Source: Armatimonadota bacterium
Lineage (GTDB): Bacteria; Armatimonadota; UBA5829; DTLH01
Direction of reading: 5' to 3'
Assembly (NCBI GenBank): GCA_039680575.1
Contig: JBDKSP010000018.1
Span: 1-15,509, forward strand
Length of the DNA stretch: 15,509 bases
In this document: piece after piece, positions 1 through 6,962 of the stretch
How positions within the stretch are numbered: the stretch's first letter is position 1
Layout of the letters: each line of letters begins with the position of its first letter
Notes under the pieces: generated by a model
What the model was told of the DNA's origin: nothing
The model's database searches: none
What the model saw: only the letters and a program-made list of their open reading frames with translations
Position numbers and translations under genes: made by a program

Positions 1-212
1 CCTTTTTCAAACAAATCAGCAGCAAGGTAACGAACTCTTTGTCTGTCTGAAAATGATGCATGTCTCATAACATGCATGTATACGTCTTTCGTTGGCTTAA
101 CGTCTCAACGTAGAGCAAAGATCAATAATAATGCTTTTCTTGTGATTGGACGTTGCTTTCTTAAGTAATGTAAATGGAACCATTTTATTTTTCTAAAGTC
201 CTCTCCATCCAT
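1..212 (-). pseudogene. Possible interrupted ORF running off the window edge, in frame with the upstream CDS and containing an internal TGA
   Basis: ATG at 212 reads MDGEDFRKIKWFHLHYLRKQRPITRKALLLIFALR, then TGA at 107-105, then an open frame DVKPTKDVYMHVMRHASFSDRQRVRYLAADLFEK to the edge. AT-rich like its neighbour. No family recognised. Confidence 0.25.
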
Positions 213-239
213 CTTTATGGTATTCCACCAGGAACTTTG

Positions 240-773
240 CTATCGCTCATGGTAAATTGCCCATTCCATCGCAAGATCATATGCACGTCTGAGTAGCGGA
301 TGCTTAGTCCAGTCAGTAAAAAAAGACCGAAATCTAGGCTCCTCCAGAATGTGTTCTAATGCACCCGTAACTATAGCAGTTTGTAGTTCAGGATTATCTG
401 ATAAATAACATTGGACTAGTAAATCCTTTAGCTTTACCAGAAGTGCTTGTCTTTCAGGTTTTTTGTTAGGTAACAATGCTTGAAACCTGCTTACTATAGC
501 TGCAGCAGCTTCATAACGACTAAGTGACCAATCTCCCTTGGGATCTTCATATAAACACCTCTTGTAAAAGGACAGCAGAAAAGGTAAAAGATCTGCTTCA
601 CTCAGCGGAGGATCTATCCGCTCCCAATAAGGAGAATACGTTACAAGCTCATGAACAGCCCCTAATACCTCCAAGCTAGAATTACACATCCAACGTTTTA
701 CTGTGTCTCCAGAAACCGAACCATTCTGCTTGAGTGTTTTTTCTATACACTCAAGAGTTTCCGCATCAGTCAT
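240..773 (-). CDS. Hypothetical all-helical protein (177 aa), candidate polymorphic-toxin immunity protein
   Basis: ORF track gives 240..848, but the ATG at 773 (MTDAETLE) has a GAGGA ribosome-binding site and avoids overlap with the RHS fragment. It lies 13 bp downstream of the RHS fragment stop and is AT-rich. The immunity role is inferred from context only. Confidence 0.65.
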   Translation of the reverse strand: MTDAETLECIEKTLKQNGSVSGDTVKRWMCNSSLEVLGAVHELVTYSPYWERIDPPLSEADLLPFLLSFYKRCLYEDPKGDWSLSRYEAAAAIVSRFQALLPNKKPERQALLVKLKDLLVQCYLSDNPELQTAIVTGALEHILEEPRFRSFFTDWTKHPLLRRAYDLAMEWAIYHER

Positions 774-786
774 TTCTACATCCTCT

Positions 787-1130
787 TCATCCAACACAGC
801 ACACATTCCCCCAGACATCATAACTGTATGTGTCTGTTGTAGCACCATTCTCGTCGGTTAAAGCTATTGTACTCCCAAGCCCATCGAAGTGATAGGTCCT
901 GCTGTACTGATAAACTCCACCTGTATACTTATCTCTACTTATCAAAGAACCATCTGGTTCCCTGGTATTCAGATAAGCAGTAGTGCCTACAGCCTCATAC
1001 ACCACTGCAGGGATGGATGTAGTAGGATCATAGACGAAGTAGTAGGCACTTCCGCTCTTGGTTATCAGCTTCACTCTGTTTCTGCTGTTATTATAGAAGA
1101 ACCTGGTGTCATTGCCGCTTGCGCCGGATG
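787..1130 (-). pseudogene. Truncated RHS/YD-repeat fragment (start of the RHS repeat-associated core)
   Basis: Translation contains TRFFYNNSRNRV, YYFVYDP and YHFDGLGSTIALTDENGATTDTYSYDVWGN, matching the YHxDxLGS...TD..G.....Y.YD.xG start of the RHS core. It stops 5 codons later, with no RYYDP or DPxG motifs and no credible start. Confidence 0.8.
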
Positions 1131-1158
1131 AAATGATCCAGATACGCCTAAAACCAGC

Positions 1159-1198
1159 TCCCTGGCACATGAAATTGGACCACATCCTGTGCCAGGGA
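1159..1198. repeat. 11-bp inverted repeat TCCCTGGCACA-N18-TGTGCCAGGGA
   Basis: Perfect arms at 1159-1169 and 1188-1198, at the edge of the RHS remnant. Confidence 0.7.
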
Positions 1199-1254
1199 AC
1201 TATTATCGTCAAGCCTTTTCTGCCTTAAGTGCCATAACAATATGGTGGATGTCG

Positions 1255-1281
1255 ATAAAAAGCGGAAGCTGGCGCTTCCGC
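1255..1281 (-). terminator. Intrinsic terminator of the CBS-NRAMP operon
   Basis: Minus strand GCGGAAGC-GCCA-GCTTCCGC followed by TTTTTAT, about 25 bp after the NRAMP stop. Confidence 0.8.
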
Positions 1282-1305
1282 ACTCCACATTCTGTTTCCT
1301 GTCCC

Positions 1306-2508
1306 CTATCCTACCGGAAACACCGTCGTAAAGAGCATAATGGCGCTGAATGCAATCAGCGCGGCTACAGTCAGCCAGACTATTACATTGTAGAATTTGG
1401 AGTTCGTATGCTCGCCCATTATATCTTTGTTGTTTATAAGCTTGAGCATAAAAACTAGCACAATCGGCAGGAGCAGCCCGTTCACGAACTGGGACCAGAT
1501 CATTACCTTGACAGGGTTGAACCCTGGTATAAGCGCGACACCGGCGCCGATTACTATTGCGGATGTGTATATGCCATAGAAAGCGGGAGCCTCCTGCCAG
1601 CGGCGGTTAATCCCGCTCTCGAACCCAAAGGCTTCATTAAACGTATAAGCCGTAGAAAGCGGAAGGACCGCTGCAGCCAAGAGAGACGCTCCCAAAAGCC
1701 CCAGCGCGAAGAGAAGTGTAGCGTAGCCGCCGGCAAACGGCTTGAGTGCCACAGCAAGCTGCTCGGCTCTTTCGATCCTGATCGGCGCTCCGGCTATGTA
1801 GTGAAGCGACGCGGCGGCGGCGATCATTATGAAGACCGATACCACGTCAGTAAGTATCGACCCTACAATGACATCCGCCTTCTGATACTTGTAGTGACGG
1901 ATATCGATGCCTTTATCCACGACTGTCGCCTGAAGGAAGAACTGCATCCAGGGTGTAATGGTGGTCCCGATGACAGCGATGAGCAGAAGCAGGTATTCAG
2001 GGTCCGGTTTGATGGACGGCTTCAACATGCCGCTCGCGACTTCTCTCCAGTTCGGGTTTGCAAGGATCCCTGAGATGATGTATGTGACATAAAGGACTGT
2101 CAGGACCAGAAATACCCGCTCAACGGTCTTGAAATTGCCCCTTACGACGAGGAACCAGACTCCGATTGCGGCCACGGGAATACCGATGTAGCGTGTGAGC
2201 CCAAGAATCTCTACACTTGCGGTTATACCTGCGAATTCGGCGATAGTGGTTGCGAGGTTAGCGACTAAGAGGACGCTCAGAGCAAAGAGAGTCCAGCGGA
2301 CGCCGAACTGCTCCCTTATCAGCTCTCCCAGGCCTTTCTGTGTAACCGTGCCCATCCGTGCAGCCATCTCCTGCACGACAACCAGCACGAAGGTGACTAT
2401 TACCATCACCCAGAGGAGTTGATACCCATAATGCGCCCCGGCTACGGAGTACGTAGTTATGCCCCCGGCATCGTTGTCCGCAGCAGACGTGATGATACCG
2501 GGCCCCAT
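1306..2508 (-). CDS. NRAMP/SLC11-family divalent metal transporter, NRMT (Mg2+-transporting)-like; true start probably upstream (about 2574)
   Basis: GPG...DNDAGGITTYS in TM1, QEMAARMG.VT.KGL.ELI, IGTTITPWMQFF in TM6, SQFVNGLLLP, about 11 hydrophobic segments. The canonical MntH motifs DPGN and MPH are replaced by DAGG and TPW. Confidence 0.9.
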   Translation of the reverse strand: MGPGIITSAADNDAGGITTYSVAGAHYGYQLLWVMVIVTFVLVVVQEMAARMGTVTQKGLGELIREQFGVRWTLFALSVLLVANLATTIAEFAGITASVEILGLTRYIGIPVAAIGVWFLVVRGNFKTVERVFLVLTVLYVTYIISGILANPNWREVASGMLKPSIKPDPEYLLLLIAVIGTTITPWMQFFLQATVVDKGIDIRHYKYQKADVIVGSILTDVVSVFIMIAAAASLHYIAGAPIRIERAEQLAVALKPFAGGYATLLFALGLLGASLLAAAVLPLSTAYTFNEAFGFESGINRRWQEAPAFYGIYTSAIVIGAGVALIPGFNPVKVMIWSQFVNGLLLPIVLVFMLKLINNKDIMGEHTNSKFYNVIVWLTVAALIAFSAIMLFTTVFPVG

Positions 2509-2622
2509 GACCGCCAGAAAGGCCAGGATACCTCTTCGACTTATCCTCCTGATCGGACTCCTCCATAACCTGATCCAACTCTCCGTGTTTCACAAAAAGC
2601 GCGGATGAATGACACATAATCG

Positions 2623-3879
2623 CTACTTGTTCCACATCCTCGTAATACGCCGCCGCCAGTCCTCCGGCAGCACCTTCTGAAGCGCGTCGTCTATCGTGAC
2701 GATCCCCTGCATGCGGTTCTCGTCGTCCACAACAGGAAGCGCAAGCAGGTTGTAGTCTTCCATAGTCTGCGCTATATCCTGAATCGAGGCATCGGTATGA
2801 ACGTGGATTACGTTTTTCACCGTAAACTCCTCGATTTTGGTCTCCGGCTGCGCAATTATAAGGTCGCGGAGCGAGATAACCCCTACCAGCCTCTCATGGT
2901 CGTCGAGCACATAAACATAATATATAGTCTCTGCATCCGGACCGACTTCGCGGAGGTGGTTGATCGTCTCTTCCGCGGTCATACCCGGTGAAACAGCTAT
3001 AAACTCCGTAGTCATAAGCCCACCGGCAGTCTCGTCCGCATACTGAAGGAGCTCTTTGACGTCTTCGGCCTCGTCGGCCTCCATTTCGTTCAAAATCTCG
3101 TCGCGCCTGTCGGCAGACAGATCGCCCAGGACATCGGCAGCCTCGTCCGGCTCCATCTCTTCCAAGATATCGGCTGCTCGTTCTTCATCCAGGCTTTCTA
3201 CGATTGACACCTGAACCGCAGGATCGGTCTCAGCAAGCGTTTCCGCAGCGGTCTCAACGTCCAGCGACTCGAAATACTCTGTCCTTTGAGCGGGATCAAG
3301 TTCATCGACGATCTTTGCGATGTCCGCTGGATGCAGGTTTGCCAGCCTCTCTGCCGGGACCTTAAGTCTGATCCGGCCTTCGCTTCGCTGGAATGTCTCG
3401 ACATCATTCCATGCGATAATGTGAGTGTGCGGGCGCCATCTGGAACGCTTTGTAAGCCTGTCCACCAGGCCTTCCAGCCCCATCCTGCGGAAGAGCCCGC
3501 GCATGCCTGTATCCACTCCTACCAGAAACAGAGCGTTTTCGGACTGCTCCAAGCGAACATCGTTTACACGGACGACCCTGTAATCATGGACATCCACGAT
3601 CTGTTTATCCAATAGATCGCGCTTCATCCACAAGTCGCTCTCTTTTACCTGATATGTTCTGATGGCATCCCGGCTGCCGGGCAGCTTCACCCCACGGTCG
3701 GTCAGACTCACTTGTTCCCAAGGGACAATAATCCGCTCATCTTCACCGCGAGGAGAAATGACTATCGCGGTTACGGGAGGGAACTGCACACCAGGGGTCA
3801 CGATGAGGTCCTCAAACGTGCCGACCTGTGAGTCCCCCTGATCGACTACCGGTTTACCGAGCATCTCGGAAAGAAACAT
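2623..3879 (-). CDS. Soluble PRC-barrel + MgtE N-terminal + CBS-pair protein (MgtE cytosolic region without a membrane domain)
   Basis: N-terminal LSEMLGKPVVD and LLDKQIVDVHDYRVVRVND PRC-like repeats; LHPADIA and acidic EEMEPDEAADVL helices of MgtE_N; ETAGGLMTTEF, YVYV...LVGVISLRDL and LPVVD...GIVTIDD CBS motifs; no TM segment. Confidence 0.9.
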   Translation of the reverse strand: MFLSEMLGKPVVDQGDSQVGTFEDLIVTPGVQFPPVTAIVISPRGEDERIIVPWEQVSLTDRGVKLPGSRDAIRTYQVKESDLWMKRDLLDKQIVDVHDYRVVRVNDVRLEQSENALFLVGVDTGMRGLFRRMGLEGLVDRLTKRSRWRPHTHIIAWNDVETFQRSEGRIRLKVPAERLANLHPADIAKIVDELDPAQRTEYFESLDVETAAETLAETDPAVQVSIVESLDEERAADILEEMEPDEAADVLGDLSADRRDEILNEMEADEAEDVKELLQYADETAGGLMTTEFIAVSPGMTAEETINHLREVGPDAETIYYVYVLDDHERLVGVISLRDLIIAQPETKIEEFTVKNVIHVHTDASIQDIAQTMEDYNLLALPVVDDENRMQGIVTIDDALQKVLPEDWRRRITRMWNK

Positions 3880-3885
3880 TTTTTC

Positions 3886-3908
3886 AGTGTATCCTTCGAG
3901 TGTATCCT
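3886..3908. repeat. 10-bp direct repeat (AGGATACACT x2 on the minus strand) over the ribosome-binding region of the CBS gene
   Basis: AGTGTATCCT at 3886-3895 and 3899-3908. Confidence 0.7.
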
Positions 3909-3938
3909 ATAGAATATACTCCATACCACATCTAAACA

Positions 3939-3975
3939 AAGAACAGGGAGGATAACACTATTCCTGCCTGTTCTT
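3939..3975 (-). promoter_or_regulatory. 5' leader hairpin of the CBS-NRAMP operon, terminator/attenuator-like
   Basis: AAGAACAGG-C-AGGA-N9-TCCT-C-CCTGTTCTT followed by TGTTT on the minus strand, starting at the predicted transcription start. Confidence 0.55.
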
Positions 3976-3980
3976 ACTAC

Positions 3981-4009
3981 ACTTTATCCGTTTATACCCT
4001 TCATGTCAA
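3981..4009 (-). promoter_or_regulatory. Sigma70-type promoter for the CBS-NRAMP operon
   Basis: TTGACA (4009-4004), 17 bp, TAAAGT (3986-3981). Confidence 0.7.
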
Positions 4010-4013
4010 GCTC

Positions 4014-4042
4014 TTGACTCAACTCAACCGCTGGTGTAGACT
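4014..4042 (+). promoter_or_regulatory. Sigma70-type promoter for the 4096-pilT operon
   Basis: TTGACT (4014-4019), 17 bp, TAGACT (4037-4042). Confidence 0.65.
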
Positions 4043-4056
4043 TTCTCTTGGTAAGT

Positions 4057-4078
4057 AATGTTTGTAGCTACAAACATT
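4057..4078. promoter_or_regulatory. Perfect 22-bp palindrome, operator-like
   Basis: AATGTTTGTAGCTACAAACATT is its own reverse complement and lies between the predicted transcription start and the ribosome-binding site. Confidence 0.65.
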
Positions 4079-4095
4079 GAAATCGAGGAAATCAT

Positions 4096-4791
4096 TTGGC
4101 TTGTGAAAAATCAGGAAAGTTTACCTGCCGAGCCCTTGTACTGGCAGCAGTCTGGCTTTTGTCGCTGTCACTAACATCCGGCTCTCTGGCTGACCCTCCG
4201 AAAACGAAGAAAACACCGGATGTAGTCGTCCTTATAGTCGCAGACCTGGACGGCGTCAATATCCAGTATAATAATGTAGTCAAGAAATCCGTCGCTGAGT
4301 CCGACTTAAGATCGCTTCTTGGCGCTACCAGGTGGCAGGCAAGGAACGTGCACATATCGTCAGTAGATAACTCCACATCCGTAGACTTCCTGTCCGGCAG
4401 GACTGTAAACTGGCGCGGAGGAGGGCTGCTTGTGGGACCTTTTGCGCAGACATTCAAGCGTTTCGACCTCATCGCAGTGCACTACATAGCGCCCAGCGGG
4501 TATACCTTCCGTTCGCTTAGAGACTATTCTGACCGGTATGTAAACATAGACTGGTCCAATACGAACAACACATATTCTTATCTGATTAATATAAAGAATC
4601 ACAACTTCGACCGATTGAACCTGCCGCTTATAGTCGATCCTGCGAAAGATGATCAGAACGGCGGTTCCGGCAGGAAGATGCAAGTCGGGAGGGGAATACT
4701 GCTTGCATTTCTCTTCGCGCTTGCAGCCGGTGCGATTGTTGTTATCGCAGTCAATCGAATTACACGGAATGAAAGGAGCAATCGAGCCTAA
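4096..4791 (+). CDS. Hypothetical exported protein with N-terminal signal peptide and C-terminal membrane anchor
   Basis: TTG start with GAGG site; hydrophobic ALVLAAVWLLSLSLTSGSLA signal; C-terminal ILLAFLFALAAGAIVVIAV followed by a basic tail; stop is 2 bp before pilT. Confidence 0.8.
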   Translation: MACEKSGKFTCRALVLAAVWLLSLSLTSGSLADPPKTKKTPDVVVLIVADLDGVNIQYNNVVKKSVAESDLRSLLGATRWQARNVHISSVDNSTSVDFLSGRTVNWRGGGLLVGPFAQTFKRFDLIAVHYIAPSGYTFRSLRDYSDRYVNIDWSNTNNTYSYLINIKNHNFDRLNLPLIVDPAKDDQNGGSGRKMQVGRGILLAFLFALAAGAIVVIAVNRITRNERSNRA

Positions 4792-4793
4792 AT

Positions 4794-5852
4794 ATGGATC
4801 TCAGAGAGCTAGCTAAACTTGCTGCCGACAGAAGGGCATCAGACCTTTTCATAAAAGTCGGCTCACCACCTGCACTACGAGTCGATGGAAAGATCGCTAT
4901 GACGGAACTGCCCAAGCTTACGGACGCGGAGACGCGCGAGTTGGCTTACGGTGTTATGTCCCACGAACAAATAGGGCGGTTCGAACGGCGGCATGAGATG
5001 GACCTCGCGTTTACAATCGACGGCGTAGCCAGATTCAGGGCTAACGTTTACCAACAGCGCGGCACTATCGGCATGGTCCTCCGCGTTATCCCGCTCGATA
5101 TATATACCCTCGAGCAGCTCGGAATGCCCCAGGTAATCGGAGACCTCTGCATGCACAAGCAGGGGTTGGTCCTGCTTACAGGGCCTACCGGCTCCGGTAA
5201 ATCCACAACACTCGCGGCTATGATCGACCTTATCAACAGGAGCCGCCGGTGTAACATCATTACTATTGAAGACCCGCTTGAGTTTGTCCATGAAGACAAG
5301 CTCTCCATTATCAACCAGCGCGAGATCAGCATCGACACGGACTCATTCAGCGAGGCGTTGAAATACGTCGTCCGCCAGAGCCCTGATGTCATCCTGATCG
5401 GTGAAATGAGAGACGTAGAGACGATGAACGTCGCTCTGGCTGCCGCGGAGACCGGACATCTGGTCTTCTCCACGGTCCACACCACCAGCGCCGCCGGGAC
5501 TATGGAACGAATCATCAACATGTTCCCGCCTCACGACAAGCCTCAGATATGCCTTAGGATGTCGGACTCCCTGAAAGGTATTGTCTCGCAGAAACTGCTG
5601 CCGCGGGCAGACGGTCCCGGACGAATCGGCGGCATCGAGATTATGATCGGCAACCCGACCGTAAGTAAACTGATCGAGGAAGGCCGCTCAGGGCAGCTTT
5701 ATCCGGCAATTGCCGAAGGTGGGTTCTGGGGCATGCAGACGATGAACCAGTGTCTGCATAAATACTACAAGGCAGGGCTGATAACGGAAGATATTGCGCT
5801 CCTGAACGCAGGAAACGTGACAGAACTGAAACAGATGATCCGCCGGCCATAA
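4794..5852 (+). CDS. pilT: Type IV pilus retraction ATPase, PilT/PilU family
   Basis: ASDLFIKVG, RFRANVYQQRG, Walker A GPTGSGKSTT, Asp box TIEDPLEF, Walker B DVILIGEMRD, His box GHLVFSTVHT, C-terminal GMQTMNQ. Confidence 0.95.
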   Translation: MDLRELAKLAADRRASDLFIKVGSPPALRVDGKIAMTELPKLTDAETRELAYGVMSHEQIGRFERRHEMDLAFTIDGVARFRANVYQQRGTIGMVLRVIPLDIYTLEQLGMPQVIGDLCMHKQGLVLLTGPTGSGKSTTLAAMIDLINRSRRCNIITIEDPLEFVHEDKLSIINQREISIDTDSFSEALKYVVRQSPDVILIGEMRDVETMNVALAAAETGHLVFSTVHTTSAAGTMERIINMFPPHDKPQICLRMSDSLKGIVSQKLLPRADGPGRIGGIEIMIGNPTVSKLIEEGRSGQLYPAIAEGGFWGMQTMNQCLHKYYKAGLITEDIALLNAGNVTELKQMIRRP

Positions 5853-5859
5853 TCATGGC

Positions 5860-5891
5860 TGAACATGCCGGGGAACGCTCCGGCATGTTCA
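5860..5891. terminator. Hairpin between convergent genes, probable bidirectional terminator
   Basis: TGAACATGCCGG-N8-CCGGCATGTTCA, a 12-bp perfect stem. Confidence 0.7.
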
Positions 5892-5903
5892 CCTTACTGC
5901 AGA

Positions 5904-6149
5904 CTACGAATACACTCCCTGGTCCCAGGAGTCGTAATCGGACTCATCTGTTGAGGTGCCGGCGTTTTCCAGTGAACCTAAATAGACTCCGCCGGACATT
6001 GTTCGAACTCGGTATTTGACCGGACCGGCAGTGTCGATCTTCTCGATACTGGATATATACGATGTCTGGCATTTCTGTCCACGAAAGATAATATCAGCCG
6101 GTTCGTATAGTCTCGGTTCGTCAAGAAATACTGCTTCCCATTCGGGCAT
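5904..6149 (-). CDS. Small hypothetical protein (81 aa) with acidic tail
   Basis: ATG preceded by GAGGTGG; fills the gap between two terminators; no family recognised. Confidence 0.65.
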   Translation of the reverse strand: MPEWEAVFLDEPRLYEPADIIFRGQKCQTSYISSIEKIDTAGPVKYRVRTMSGGVYLGSLENAGTSTDESDYDSWDQGVYS

Positions 6150-6211
6150 GATAAAACCACCTCAAAGTTTGGCCTCACATTGGCGTTTCTACTGCTGTTA
6201 TTATTCCATAT

Positions 6212-6243
6212 AAAGAGACAAGGCTGTGAAACCTTGTCCCTTT
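6212..6243 (-). terminator. Intrinsic terminator of the PEP-CTERM gene
   Basis: Minus strand AAAGGGACAAGGTT-TCAC-AGCCTTGTCTCTTT; the two imperfect pairs are G-U wobbles on this strand only. Confidence 0.75.
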
Positions 6244-6263
6244 GCATATTATTGAGCTTGAGA

Positions 6264-6899
6264 TCAGCTTTTACGGCGTAATTTCATTGCACCTGCAACA
6301 GAGCTTAAGCAGGAAAAGATGACAAGAAGCCCACTTGGTTCAGGAACGGCGGCTGCAGTTGTTTTTATAGTCAGCTTAACACCGCTATTGTAATAATGAC
6401 AGTCCGGGTCAAAACCAAATCCGAAATTGGCCTTATGATTACCTGGTTTCGTATCCGCAACTCCACATAGATCGTTAAGAAGCCCCAACGAACCGAACTG
6501 GTATACCAAATTCTCGGTATAGCTGTTTTCATCCGTATATGTTGCGACCAGAGTTCCTGTAAGGCCTAGAGCATTCCTATTCTTGTCTGCCCAATTATCT
6601 CCATGCCCTTGGTTATCATACCAACTGCTAACACCTTTACTGGGGTTGTCCAGGAGATGCATATAGAGCTTGTCGTTTGATTCCTGTGTCCAATCGTTGA
6701 TGTTATCGATAGTCAGATATGCGTCTACGATCTCTTCTCCGCTCGGAACCGACCAGTCTATACCCCATGAATAATAATAGTAATGATCCAAGCTGCCAAG
6801 GCCGTTATTACCCGGCGTAAAAGTGTAATCCTTGGCCTGTACGTTGATTGTTGGCAACAACAACACACCCACACACATGAACAACATAAAATACTTCAC
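6264..6899 (-). CDS. PEP-CTERM sorting-domain surface protein
   Basis: GTG start with GGAGG site; signal peptide ending NVQA; Asn/Asp/Tyr-rich body; C-terminal VPEPSGLLVIFSCLSSVAGAMKLRRKS (PEP motif, hydrophobic helix, basic cluster). Confidence 0.93.
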   Translation of the reverse strand: MKYFMLFMCVGVLLLPTINVQAKDYTFTPGNNGLGSLDHYYYYSWGIDWSVPSGEEIVDAYLTIDNINDWTQESNDKLYMHLLDNPSKGVSSWYDNQGHGDNWADKNRNALGLTGTLVATYTDENSYTENLVYQFGSLGLLNDLCGVADTKPGNHKANFGFGFDPDCHYYNSGVKLTIKTTAAAVPEPSGLLVIFSCLSSVAGAMKLRRKS

Positions 6900-6945
6900 A
6901 ACATTTTACCTCCCATATTGTTTATATTTGGTTGTATATATTGCT

Positions 6946-6962
6946 CGCAAGATTCATGCCAA
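6946..6962 (-). promoter_or_regulatory. Sigma54 (-24/-12) promoter of the PEP-CTERM gene
   Basis: Minus strand TTGGCATGAATCTTGCG; GG-N10-GC spacing matches the YTGGCACG-N4-TTGC consensus. Confidence 0.8.

Noticed and set aside
774..848. N-terminal extension of the 202-aa ORF
   Set aside because: Overlaps the RHS core motif in another frame; the ATG at 773 has the ribosome-binding site.
1162..1180. CTGGCAC as a sigma54 -24 element
   Set aside because: No GC at the required 10-bp spacing; better explained as an inverted-repeat arm.
1131..1212. N-terminus of the 141-aa RHS ORF as a real gene start
   Set aside because: Runs through an inverted repeat, has no RHS character and no clear ribosome-binding site.
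2258..2635. 125-aa minus-strand ORF between the CBS and NRAMP genes
   Set aside because: Mostly an out-of-frame overlap with NRAMP with no recognisable features; kept only as an alternative frameshift start.
3880..4095. M-box or yybP-ykoY riboswitch upstream of the metal transporter
   Set aside because: Predicted leader is only about 95 nt and I see none of the conserved cores; an Rfam scan would be decisive.
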